A stretch of 59,258 bases of DNA, the filler included, from Sluysia triapertura (Eukaryota): NCBI GenBank assembly GCA_046118255.1. It is 5 parts of 5 records of this genome, joined end to end, with 100 filler letters (N's around TTAATTAATTAA, not from the genome) between each part and the next. Parts side by side here need not be neighbours in the genome. Positions count along the whole stretch, not along the records: positions 1 to 11,652 come from JBJNIA010182446.1; positions 11,753 to 23,646 come from JBJNIA010159822.1; 3 more parts are not named here. One strand, written 5' to 3'. Position 1 is the first letter of the stretch. Each line of letters opens with the position of its first letter. Under the pieces are notes generated by a model. That model saw only the letters and a program-made list of their open reading frames with translations, was not told the origin of the DNA and searched no databases. Shown piece after piece: positions 1 through 13,600 of the stretch. Made by a program: the position numbers and the translations under genes.

Positions 1-3000
1 TATTCACACAAACGAGAAAAAAGAAAGGTGAGGCGTAAAAGAAACAGAAATCATAATGATAACAATGACATAATTGTTATATTTTAAAATGTTGATAATA
101 TTGTGATGTTATTATAAGATTTATTATATGATAATCATATTATATAACATTAATCATAATAATTATTATATATTTTAATACGATTGGATTTATAATAACA
201 ATAACTATAGTGCATATTAATGATTAGGTTTTTTTGAATGAGTTAAGTAGTTTATTTAATGTTCTGTGCATGGATAAATGTTCTTATGTGATGAAGTGTA
301 CTTGTGATTTTTATATGATTTCTCTACGCAGAAATTGCTAGTTATTTATGAAATTATTATAAACTGAACAATTACTTCCAAAAAAATTATTTTATGATTC
401 TCTATTGTTCATTAACAAATGACTTATTGTCATCTTATATATTGTTAAGTTAGCAACAAATGTTAAATGAGACAATCATTTTTGAACAGAGGTAGCAGTA
501 ATTGTAAATAATACCAATTAAATGATCAATTAGTACTAAATCTTATTTATATTTGGATAGTTATTTAATTGGATAGCTATTTATAATCGATTTTTAGTTA
601 GTATTATTATTATTGTTATTTTAATTATCATTTTTATTAATAAAATTATTATTATTAATATTATTTATTAAATCTGTAATATTTTATCGTTATTATTGAT
701 ATTGTTAACGAAAAGCTTAATATCATTACTGGAAAATTCTTAACTTCGTTTAAATGTTCACGGTCATCAAATACACATGAAAAATAAACTATTCCGCCAT
801 TTTTTCTAAGTACAATTTTTAGAATCTGGTTAAACAAAGGATTTCCAAGTATTAACTTAAATTTAATCTACTATCATAAGTTGCAATCCTGAGTGCTTAA
901 TTATGTGCACATTGAATATTTTATATTCTCAATTTATTAAGTAATGCGTTAGTTTATTAATTTTATTAATTGTTAATTATTGCAAGCTTTAAAAATTGCA
1001 ATAAAATTTATCTTTAAATATTTATTTAAATTTGGCTATCTTTTAATTTGATAGTGAAGTAAAATTATATTTTTAAAATTTAACCATACATAAAATTATC
1101 GAGAAAATCCATACAAACTATAATTTTATTATATATTGTATATGATTTTATATATTTGATCTTAACTTTTAGCAATTAATTTGAATTAGTGTAAATTTTA
1201 CCTTAATAATTTTACTGATATTTGAATCTTGTTCCTGAGATTAGTTATATCAATAATAATCTATATGTCAATAATCTAAAAATAACTTAGTTGAATAACC
1301 TATTTGTGTGCTTTAAACAATGTAATCTAAAAATAATTTATTGATTTTAATGTTTATAATAATGTTTCAAATTCTAAATTTTAATGTTTTAAATAATTTT
1401 GGTATTATTATTACTATTATTATTATTATTGCTATTATTTTTCAAAACTATTTCTTTAAATATATTAAATTTTAAAAAGTAGGTCACGGTAACCAAATTT
1501 TATATAAAGACATTGCATAAACTCTAAAATCACACAATTTTTCAATCAACACGATCGACTTAGTTGGAAATAGTTTTCTTTTTAAGGTGGATTCTTTACT
1601 TGCATCAAAAATATTTAAAGGGAAATTTCAGAGGCTAATTTTTGCACCAAAATCATCAGAGAGAACGTACAGATAATTTCGTGGACAATTTTACGAAAAC
1701 CTTTGTCGAAGGAATTATTTTCAAAGATATTATTTATTAAATACTTTAGTTTTTATTGTAAGTTGTTACACTTTTAATCGTTTGTAAAATTCATTATTTA
1801 ATATACTTTTATTTCAAAATCCCCTTTTTAAGGAGGAAATCATTCAAATATATATTGATTATAACATAATCTAGTAAAATTTTATTTATATTTTGTTATA
1901 TTGTATAATTTTTATTTTTATTTTTCATTAATAAACCTTCTCATTCGAATTATAATTTATTCAATAATTTTTAAGGTCCCCGATTTTAACGTATCACATT
2001 AAAATTTTGAAAATAATCGAATAAAGTAATTAAGGTACGCCGTTTTTACACGGTCGAAAACTACAGGTAAAATACTTTTGAAGTTTTGTTTCAGTTAATT
2101 AAATAACCAAATCTGCTAACATAAAAATACAGATTACTGCATTATTAAGTTTCATTGTTGAGTTTCTGCTAAGAAAAAATCTGTTTGAGAACCTCCATAA
2201 TTTCTTCTAAGATACTGCCTGCAAATTAGTCCTTAAGTATATAAGTCTATGATTGTAGGGAACTCACGTTAAGAATACATAAGATTTACCTTCTTCATAT
2301 TCACTTTTTAACAAAATGTACAAGATTATGTTAAACTTTGTTCAATAAACATATTACTTTTGCTCTATAATTCGTATTATTCAAGATTTCATTAAGCTTT
2401 TTATCAATATAAATTAATAATAAACGTTAAAATTTATTCATGAGAAATTTAAACTAATACGAATTCGATTCTACGTCTTGACTTTAATTCAAATACTTTT
2501 TATTCTGATCTTTTATAAACGATCTATAAAATTTATTTAAAATCAGCCTTTAAATTGTGGAAGTTAGGTCAAAAATTGTCTCTGATAGTAGAGACAGAAG
2601 TTATTCGAAATCTCAAATCTCTATACACAATAAAATAATCTAAGTTTTATCAGCATAAAATTTAAAATACGATATTTGATATTTATACAGAAGTAACACG
2701 TAATTGAAAAGTTTAATAGATATTTTATGAAAAAATTTGATTTTATTTAAATAATCAAATAAGTAACAAATAATGATCGATATCAACTACAATTATTTAC
2801 AAATAAATCCGTCAAGTATCGTATGATTACAGATGAATAATGTTTAATCAAAGAACAATCGATATTGAACCAAGATCGATATATAATAATTTGCAAAAAA
2901 TTAACTACAAATTACTTATTAACAGCAATAGCAGTTAAACAATTCAATTGTTGATGAACTTTATGATGAACGATACATCGTTAATATTTCAGCAGAAAAA

Positions 3001-3271
3001 TTAAAGTTTGTGAGACTTTACAAGATTGATTTCGTAATAAATTTAAAAAATTAATAAATCAAATAATCGCATACGTATATAATGCATTAAAAATTAAAGC
3101 TTCATGAAAATGACAAGACTTCAAAACCTTAAGAAATACCTTTCAAAAACAAGATAAAAACAGAAATTAAAAATAAATGTAGAGAATGTAGCTAAAAACG
3201 ATCACATTTAATTAGTGTATAAAAAGAATCACTAATTTAACGTAACCGCTAGTAAAACACAAAAATAACTG

Positions 3272-3600
3272 TTAAAAAGTGAATACTGAAAGGGTGGATA
3301 ATGGATGAAGATAATGTTTATCTATATTTAATGATAGAGCAAAACATGTATTTTGAAGTTTATGGTATATGTGTTTAAGTTTATATAGTACCTTGAGATT
3401 GTGCGGCATATTGAATATATTGTAGTAGATCGTACTCTTTATAATCAAAGTATTCGATATGAAAGTCGTTGGATTGAGGATTTTGTTCAAAATGTCATAT
3501 GTAACGTTAAAAGTATAAATGTCATTGTGATTATACAAGTTATGAAGCATGAAATTTTCGCAAGTGAATTGGTATAAATAGATTCGAATTAACGATTTGG
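3272..3600 (-). mobile_element. Possible decayed LINE reverse-transcriptase fragment
   Basis: ORF contains HKLQNTCFALSLNIDK, resembling the L.LN..K motif at the RT C-terminus; CA-rich strand bias. Confidence 0.3.
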
Positions 3601-5875
3601 CACATAGTTTTCATATCTAAACTCTAGGACAACCAATGTCAACTTTATTATTTTATTATTATTAATAAATTTAATACAAATATAAAAATTACATAATTTT
3701 GTTTCTCTCTAAACACATTCTGGTACTGCCAATATATTATTTCTTTTTCTATTTATTCTTCACTAAAATGTTCAAAAAAGTAAAACAGAATCGGAAATAA
3801 AATCTAAACATCACTGAACTTGTTTAGGCCATTCATCGGATATTTCTTTCAGAATAGTATCGACTTTTATTTTAATAGGTGGACTTCTGTAAAAAAAATA
3901 TTTATAATCAAAGAAGGGGAATGTTCTCGAATATAAGTGTTACTATTAGCAACTAAATATTCCTATATTCTTTAGATCATTAATCTTTAAATATTCTTTC
4001 ATTTGACTTTGATATAATTTTTTGAGAGATGTATTTCTATATTCTGGATAACATTCACATTTTGTTTTCCAATTTTTAAAATTAGTTTCACCAGTATTAA
4101 CACCAGATATAGTAATTGTAGTCAAATATTTATAAAATTTGATAGACATAAAAAGTATAATGTTTTTGAAAATCTAATTATAAATTAAATAAAATTAGTT
4201 GAAAATAAATTAAATCGAAAGTCAGAAACATATCCAAATTTTGATCTTTTGAAAAATATATCAACTCCATACTATATATGTATAATTGAAAATAATAACG
4301 ATCATAGATACAATAATTATGCAAATAATAACAATTTGAAATAATATTATAATAATAATAAAATTTGCTAGGCTTTTACTGCCTAATTTATTAAATTAAT
4401 AAGCATATAGTTCAAGAAAAGTATACGAAAATAAAAAAGTATAAAAAGTGACTGATTTATAGAATAATGTTCAGTTAAATCAGAAAAATACCCAGTGAAA
4501 TAGCTTTATTTATTCGTGACGCAATTTCTCTATTTCATTCAATAAAGCATAAAAATCGCTCATGCCTTCGAATACGATACAATGCATAATATTTATTAAT
4601 ATTCAAGCTGACTCATGAAATTAGAAATGTAAAAATTCAATTGTCGTAAAGTTTGATAATTAGTTTATAGAGCAATTTAAGAAATTAAAAAATCATTTAA
4701 TTAAAATTTCAACAATTACGTATTAATCAATTCTTGCAGTCTTTATGTTCTTTTTGTATTTATTTAGTAAGAAATATAATATTGATTATTTAATTTTTTG
4801 TCAGTTAAAGAAATTCACTTAAGAGAACTGTTGAATTTAAGTTTGATACTATAAAAGTTTTTAAATATAAACACTAATATGACTATACCCTGTAAAATAT
4901 TTAATTTATTGATTATACGTATTTGAGTTCCTATAAATATTAGACCCTTGGTTAAGTTGGCATCTAATACTTAAAACTCCAAGAGTAAAAATTATTCAAG
5001 TATATTATGTGGCATAATTATATAGGACTTACAAGATTGTTTAAAGATTATTTGACCCTCAAATTTTAAATTTAATTCATTCATTGAGTAAAATCCTGTA
5101 GGTGTGCCTATTTCACATTATAATAGTCACTACAAGCGAACCACTTTGCTAGTGTAAGTTCTAGATAAGACAGTAATAATTGCGTGAGGTCGGACTACAT
5201 TCATAGATATGTTTTTTAATCATTCGTTTTGTGTTTATAAATGCGCTTTCGTTATAGTATCGTTCTACCTAAAGAAGAGAGTATTGACATCGCCGTACAC
5301 GCAACATTATAAATAACAATAATTTACAATCATTAGTCATTATTTAAGTTTCTACAAGTTTAGATTATTATACAGTTCTAAATTTAATTTTTTGACAAGC
5401 ACAAATCAATATAAATTTACATAGTTTTATTAATTTAAAATAGTAAGTTAAATTTTATTTTAAGTATACAATAATTTCAACAGATACATTATTGCTAATA
5501 ATTTTTTGAATTCCATTCAATAATGACTTTCTATGATTAATTTCAAGTTTTTACTCGAATTTTTCAATATATACGTATTTTGTTATAATATTGGTTTAGC
5601 CATATTATAATCAAATTATTTATTTATCTACTATTAGTATTCATTCTTGCACGTTTTCCATCATTACAGTGTACGTCAAATCCATAACTTTTTTCTAATT
5701 AAGTATTGTTTTCTATTCCACTTTATTAAAATTTTTTGATTTCTTTCATAGCTAAGTACATTTTTGGAGCATTTCTTTCTTAATTTTGATCTTTTAAGCT
5801 TTTTGGATGCAAATACTGAGAATAGTAAATAATTACGCTGTTTTTTATTTTTTAGTTTTAACTGCACCTATAGTT

Positions 5876-6004
5876 TGTTGAGACATTAAACATAATTTAC
5901 AATTGATTATAGTGAAAATAAATTGTTAGATAGGTCTGATAGCTAAGTTCTATAGCAAGGACTTGGATTCAAATCTCGATCAGTCCATTTGATGGAGTTT
6001 AACA
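5876..6004 (+). mobile_element. tRNA-containing LTR-like repeat, internally deleted copy
   Basis: TGTTGAGA...TTGATTATAGTGAAAATAAATTGTTAGATA GGTCTGATAGCTAAG...GGATTCAAATCTCGA TCAGTCCA TTTGATGGAGTTTAACA. Confidence 0.65.
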
Positions 6005-6519
6005 GATTATAGAATTATATGTATTACATAGTACTTCTGTGTCAAAATACTGCGTAATGAAGTTGGTTTTCTGTAATTTCAGTCATTTTATTGAAGATAA
6101 CAAAGTGTAAGCGCTACAATGCTAAGATACATTTTAATTAGTACCCGAGAAAATTTAAGTAATTTAAATTTGAAACAACAAAATAAATCACATAATATAT
6201 AATATTTTAAATTAAAATTCAAATTAATTACCATACTTGTTTAAAAATTCTTATTAACAAAGTACCTTCAATAACAGATTTTTATAGTGAGTGTGAATGT
6301 ATTAAAGTGTATATAACCGAAAAGGATCCAGAAACCAAGATAAATATAAGTTATAAGAAAACAGCAACTGATATTAATTTTTGAGATAATTTAAAAATAA
6401 ACACTACGATTTTGTCTGGACATGGAACAATCTCATTTATGGGTTTCAGAGATTGTAAAATGTTAATGATTATGATTATTATTATTATTCTATAAACTTT
6501 AACTTTGTCAAACTTCATA

Positions 6520-7435
6520 TTATGTATGATCATAAAGTTGGTACAAATTATGAAAAACACTGACTGTTGCAGTCACTTGAAAGCTGTACAAGAACTTCAC
6601 TTCAGAAGTTTCTATATAACAAATTTTAGATTGGGTTTTAAAATTATAGGCTATCTTAAAATCATAATCCGAGTGATCTTTTATCTATTCAAATGTATTT
6701 TATATTTTAAAGATTCAAAAGAACAGCTGAGATCTCTTTCAACCTCAATATCGAAGAGTCAAACATTCCAGGAATGTCTTTCCATTTCTACAACCATTTT
6801 TATATCATCTATAAATAATTTTAATATAAAGTTTAAACTAATTTGAACTTTAGTACAACACATAATTAGGCGCTGCATTTTAAATTTTAATTTTACAAGA
6901 GAATGAATTATCCGAGTATGAAATAAATACATTTAAAATTAATCTTTATACAGTAACTATTTCTATCACACGTTTTATAAAAAACAAATAGAATCAAATA
7001 TTCTATTAAAACCTTAACTGTACACAGTACATATAACTTTTTTCGGATAACACAGTAATTGCAGTAACACTACACAAGGATATCCTTCATAAAAGAAACA
7101 GTAGTCCTTTTCGAAATGTATATTTTTTGAATTAAGAACATGAACAAATAGATAAGAGGATGTTAACGTAGCCCACGCAAGAATTTCTTGGTCACCATAC
7201 ACTAGCGATTTCAAAATGGCGTTTCTGATTTTAATTCTGTTCCAACCAGCTTGAATACATCATCAAGTTCTTTGTGGCTACGGAATCATCATGAAACATA
7301 CAAGTATTGAACAAAAAGATTATTGCTGAAACTGATCCAAAAATACAAATGACAAACTAATAAAGTGTTTACGTGCTGAAACAAAGCATAAACAGATACT
7401 TCAGACATTTCAGTTACATAAGCATAATCATAAAC
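6520..7435 (-). pseudogene. Decayed coding fragments, partly PAN-like
   Basis: TFLECLTL ... IAYNFKTQSKICYI and an exon-like block 7435-7012 with stops and frameshifts. Confidence 0.25.
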
Positions 7436-9999
7436 TAAATGTGATTATAGATACTAAGATCCATTCCCATCTTTTATTTATTAGATAGATAATTAACATA
7501 TTCTTCTTTGCATTTTGATCAATGACTTGTTTAAAGTTTTATTCGAAAGTGTTGAAAAACCTCAAATTTGATAATTAACTTTTTTCAAAATAATTCAATA
7601 ACAAATAAGTTTAACTCTTTATAATAATTATTATATTTATTAATCTTATTAATATTAAACTAATTAAAAAAATAAAACTAACATAATTTAATTACTATTA
7701 TTATAAAAGATTTTAATATTTAATTAAGTTCTTTCTAATTTAAAATATATTATTAAAATAAAGCTAATTTTATTTATTCTTCAAAGATATAAATTAGATA
7801 CTTGAATAATTTGCAATAGATATTAGTATTTTGTAAATTAACTAATTACTATAAAATTTTATTTAAAATGAAATAAAATTAAGTTGATATACCATAATAA
7901 TTTTGACAACTTGAAAGAAATATCTTAAAAGTTTTTAAATCTTTCATTATAAGAGTACTTCAATAGAATGTACAAAAATTAATCTAGACTCACCATAATG
8001 TGAATACATCAGCAGAATTTTAGGATGTACTAAATAGAATTTAGTATAATATTAAAATGAGTAGAATAAAAAATTAAAAGTTTATATGTTTAAAATTGTA
8101 AATTGAGTGATAATGAATGTTTTATGTGAATTTTGTAATAAAATTATAAGTCTAAGACTACACATACATGAATGTATCGGAGGAATCAAATAATATGATT
8201 GGCTTAAAAGAATGTTTAAGTTTTCTTTTTAAAAAACACTACAAAAGTAAAGTTTAGAAATAACCACATTACAAAAATTAATATCTTAATTTTAAATCTC
8301 AATCTAAGATATCTTGGAAAATGGGGATCTTGACCATGCAGTTTAAGCCCTGCCATGGTGGCTTAAAAACGTCCAAATAAGAAAATGAATTTTTATGTGA
8401 AGAATTAACTTAACTCAGCTTATCACCGATCTATTTCATTAATGCCTAAGTTCTGTTAAATTATTTTCATATTTTTAATTGATAAAAAATTAATAAATTT
8501 AGAAATTAATATCAATAAATCACATTTTCGAATATAAAAGTATTCTAGACCCTTATTTAACAAAAGATACAACCAATTAAAATTGAACTGCATAAAAACC
8601 ACTAGCTAAATACCACACGGTTAAAGATTACTATAAAAATAGTTTGTAAATCAATAAAACTAAGTTGATAAAATTCAAAATAGAACAATGGATAAAAATA
8701 CGCATATGTATAAACACTGTGTTCAGGGAACAGGGTTAAATTACCCCCCCCCAAATGTGGTAAAAGTGAAATTTAAATAAATTTAATTTTCAAAAATGAA
8801 AAGAAAATTTACCATCACCAAACATTCAACTTGAAAAAAACATTATTAATGTATATTACATGGTGTATAACCGTATAAACTGCAAAATCGGAGTAGTTTA
8901 TAATTTAGTACTTTAGAACCGCTTTAATCTTAGAAAACGTTAGAAATATTCTGTTATCTGTTGCATGTAGTTTAGGATTTAGTTTTAGTCAGTCATTCCC
9001 TATTTCAAGTCGATTGTACTATATGGGAGGATGAAATTTGGAGAGTAATGACAAAATTACTAAGTCAAGTTTTGTAGCTGGACGGGTACTTCTACCCATG
9101 GCTTATTATCTAATAGGACGAGTATTTACACAATTTGAAAAGTATTATTTTAAAATCGGGGTCAGAGTAATATATTCACATCCAAGAAATACTTCATTTA
9201 AACAGAGACTGAGCTTGATAGGAACATGCTAGGTGTAATTCGCTAGTGAATATAATAAAATACTTTCGAAAAATAAATATCTTTCTGCAACTTGCCGGAG
9301 TAGTTAGTGCGAAATTATAAGTCCGATCCTGCACACTATTCGCGTAATCAGCGCGTGTATTTGCTTGGTTGTGAATAAACTACTTTTTTGCGTATTTTAT
9401 ATTAGTTTAAAAGTGAAAATATTTTGTTAGTTTTTAATTTTTCCTTAAATAAAAGATAAGAACCACATTTTCAAATTTTGTTGAAATCTATTCATTAATT
9501 TTAAATATTGCTTAAATTTCAAATGCGCATTTTTTCGCATCTCCAAAATTTTACCCACTGCGCAATCTGGTTGGGACTGTTAGATTAACCGCTCATAATG
9601 TTTTAAAATTATTCATAATTGTTTCTAAGTTTTTGGTCCAAAGTGATTAAAGTAAATTTCATTTAACTTCAAGAATAATTTTATTTAACAGCATGTACTC
9701 TGTAACATAACAAAACACGTAGCAAAATAATGATTATGTTTTACAATTTAATGTTTAATGTAGCAAAATCTTATCACAGGAAATATAAGTTTCATTTGAA
9801 TCTATACTTATTGTTGTTACGAATTATAAGAAAATGCAATTCACCTTAATATATAATTTTTAATATCCTATTTTATTTTGATAACCGCCATACTTAATAC
9901 ATCTTGTTAGTCTCGGTCTAGATTGAGAAATATTACAGTAATAGATTTTACGTTCCTTGGAAAACATATCAGAAGAAAATCACGAAAGAATAAATTGAC

Positions 10000-11520
10000 A
10001 ATTATAAAAACAATGTTAAAATATCTAATGATCATCCAAGCTTTGTCATCGAATTTGACTTTGCAAAATACAAATAAATGATTATCAAAGGGTATTTCGT
10101 ATTTTGAATATTTTCTTCTCTTTTCGGTGACGATATCCTGAGAAAATTTCTTGAAAACATTTTACAAAATACATTTTATAAAGTAGATATAACATCCTGA
10201 AATGCAACAGTAGAGTTAAAATATGCATTTATTGTGATGTTTCGCGGAAAATAAAGTTAATTCGTGACCTAGCAACCAAACATAATTACAATCAAAAAGA
10301 CATTCCTTTATGTCATATTCAAAAAAATATATCAATATACAAATCTCAGAAAAATGGCATTCCAGTGTGTATATTTCATAATTTTAATAATTGTACGGTT
10401 GTTCATAGTGTATTTTTACTTTTTCCAATTCGAAAGCATTCATTGAAGTGAAGTGTGTTAAGAAGCTTACACACAAAAACTCAAAACTGAAACTTTAAAT
10501 AACCGTAATATTATGTCTAATTGACTGCTGAAATATTATTTATATAAAGCATATTCAACAATCATGATGAATAACATAAAGCAAAAAATAAAATTAACCA
10601 CTCCTTTACTGTTGAATGATTCATGACGACCATGTGCATTAAGTAGTCGAAAATCTTTTCTTCTCATTACCATATTTGAAGAGCCAAAATACTGAATTCT
10701 GATCATATATCGCCACTATTATAAAAATTAATATTAAGACTAAAGATAAATTACAATCCATTCTAAAATGATATTTAAATGATATTTAAACAAAACCTTT
10801 TCGATACGACTTTTATGTGATTTAAATAATTTTTTCTCTTAATTTCCAATATACATCTTAAGTAAGATAAAATAAGCATTTTGAGGACATGTAGTTCAGG
10901 AAATATGCCTGTGTATTAAGTTAATCAGTTTGCTTAATTAAGAGGAATAATATGTAAATAATAAATGTTGTTTATCATCAAGAACAAAGTATTTCCTTAT
11001 AATGTTATGTTTATTACAGTTAATTTCTATTTAAAAAGCAAGCACGAAAGACTTACAGATGAACGTCTCCGATTTATAAAGTAAGCTCCTCGTTTAGAGC
11101 GATGAAAATGAGATATAGTAATCGTTTCAAAACCTTAAGTCATTTTTTTATCTTTGTAAGTCTTAGCAATGGTTAATATGTGAAAGCAAATACTTTTTTA
11201 TTCTGCCACAAAAATATTTATGTTTAGTACAATGTTTTTATAAATTATGCACCTTCATCTTCATCTTCCAGAACTTGGACAGAAAATGAACCACGCACAT
11301 TTAGTTCTTGTATCTTAAATCAAAATGTAATATTCTTACATAGGTACAAATTTGTGTTAACAAGAATTTTTTTATAATTCAATGTATTTTTAAATGTTTG
11401 TAATAATTATTTACTCTTGAACAAATATATCTTCATTCTGTATTTACTAAGTATGAAAACACTATTTTAAATATTGAAAAACGAAAAAACGAAAGAGAAA
11501 ACGAGAAAGAATTTCATAAT
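10000..11520 (-). pseudogene. Decayed multi-exon secreted-protein gene with PAN-like motif
   Basis: Signal-peptide-like MKFFLVFSFVFSF near 11517, several GT..AG-bounded exon-like blocks, and YTLECHFSEICILIYFFEYDIKECLF at 10371-10290; many stops. Confidence 0.3.
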
Positions 11521-11652
11521 CGGAGAATGACTCGAAAAATTGTAATTGGTAGCGCAATTTCAAGTTACAACCGAAATGCAAATGTTCACTCCAACGAAAG
11601 CATAATAATCGACTCTAACTGCTTTACATTCCTTTTTGGTATTATATATATA

Positions 11653-11752
11653 NNNNNNNNNNNNNNNNNNNNNNNNNNNNNNNNNNNNNNNNNNNNTTAA
11701 TTAATTAANNNNNNNNNNNNNNNNNNNNNNNNNNNNNNNNNNNNNNNNNNNN
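11653..11752. other. Artificial contig linker N44-TTAATTAATTAA-N44
   Basis: Exactly 100 bp with stops in all six frames. Confidence 0.97.
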
Positions 11753-12110
11753 ATATGCAACATAAGTAATATGTATGGTAACTGTAAATTCATTTTTTAT
11801 ATTAGTTTTAACCACTACTATAATTTAAGCAAATTAAACAGATAATTGATTGCTCTGTGTAGATAAGCTTAATTGTTTTAAACATCCTTCCCTGGTATAA
11901 AATTTAACTAACAATTACCTTTTTTTACAAATAACGTATAACAATTATAAAATATTTACAGTTGTGTTTGCAATTATTTTCCGATGAAATTCTTATTAAG
12001 TTATTTAGGGGTATTTATGTGAAATGTTACAGTGATAAATTAATCAAGACGAATTTAATTTTTATTTTAAAGTGTCATTCAAATATTACGGTTTTTAATA
12101 ATAATATATT

Positions 12111-12500
12111 AATTTATATTGCGCTCATATCTACCGCGAAAGTACTCAAAAGCGGTTAAGGTAAATCATTCATCATAATATTTCTGAAACAGAAAGAACT
12201 TTGTTTTTTTCTTAAATATTTCATAATCTTCCAGTAATTTGACATTAACTGGTAGTACTGGTTGTATATTTTTGAGACATGAACAGTATCATTCTCATTC
12301 TGTTTATCATTATGTCTCAATGAAATATTCATCTTGGTTTCCAAATTTTTTATCCTTTCTAAAAGATATTCATGACTTCCATAATGTAAGCATTTGTAAA
12401 TTATTGTCATGATTTTAAATTCTTAATCTTGGAATATTTAAACACAGTCATGAAATAAATAAATGGTAATAAATTTATTTAGGATTTCTTCCAATAGTGG
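12111..12500 (-). mobile_element. L2-clade LINE 3' fragment
   Basis: Reverse copy of the same tail (atttatattgcgctc...gtactcaaaagcgg) preceded by ORF2 C-terminus VSKIYNQ...EDYEIFKKKTKFFLFQKYYDE*. Explains ORF 12156..12410. Confidence 0.7.
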
Positions 12501-13149
12501 TTTATAAATAATAAAAATATAGTTATCACATTTTAATATGATTTTGTCACTAGACAGAAGCTAGAGTGAAATGTGTGAATTAAGGGGAGAAGACTTTAAA
12601 AAATTTACGAAATCAGAATGTAAACAAAATTGAGTTTGAACGGAATCAAGGTAGATTAATGCCTGTGAAATATTATTAATGATGTATTTTGCCTAAAGTG
12701 TGAAGTTTTCCTTTGGATTGTCTCAATGAACAAACGAACGTGAAGTATGGATTTCTATTAAATTATTTCAGTGATTTCAATGATTCGAAAGATCGTGAGT
12801 TTTCAGTTTCGTTATTAGCTTCAATATTATTGTATGTATTTTGTTCTATCCATCGTAATGTATTTATATACGTTTTAATTTATTTTTAGAAATATTCTGT
12901 ACATAAAAATGTTTTAAAGATTGTTATATTAGCATAATAAAATTTTTTGATTATTTTGCTGTTAAGATAAGTTATTTGAATAACTTAAAAATATTAGAAA
13001 ACAAATTTATTTAATGATTCAAAAATATGAGCGCACTCTTAAAATATACCTTGACAGAAAGTTCGTGGCATTTTTAATGATTAAAAATAAATTTCATAAA
13101 ATATTATAATGAGATTTAATAAAAATTAAATACAAATTTCAGTAAGTTT

Positions 13150-13600
13150 GCTTGGTTTCATTTATGCATCATTCAATAGGGTAACAGATTTATATTTAGA
13201 TAATTTCAAGGGAATAATTTTATGCTGTAAGCTTCAAGAAATCTTTAATAATAACTGACTTGTGTTTGCTTTAAAATATCTGCCCAGTTCGAAAACATTC
13301 AATATCAAACTAGTGAAAAATGACATTCGCGAATTACCTGAGGGTGACTTTTTTTAAAAGTTGACTAGCTCAGTCTGAATAATGTGGGTCTTTATTGAAA
13401 CGCATCATCTGCGAATCTTGAGCGGAGTCGATGGACATAATTCAATTTATCATAATCAAATATCTTTAGCAAATATTGTTGATTGCATGTGTGAGATGGT
13501 GGTGGTGTATCAAGGACCGGAAGATATCAAAGTAAAAGGCTTTATTTATAAGTTCTTACGTTCGATAATAGTCGTAAGCAATATATAATGAAGGCAATTT
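13150..13600 (+). pseudogene. Decayed leucine-rich-repeat gene fragment
   Basis: KLVKNDIRELPEGDFF*KL (LxLxxNxIxxLP) and later NIVDCMCEM (LRR-CT-like), interrupted by stops. Confidence 0.5.

Noticed and set aside
1626-1659. Hammerhead ribozyme core (CTGATGA...GAAA on the minus strand)
   Set aside because: Stem II does not close next to GAAA and no stems I/III were found.
11697-11708. Regularly recurring TTAATTAATTAA palindrome as a biological repeat or CRISPR-like array
   Set aside because: Always centred in exactly 44+44 Ns; an assembly linker.
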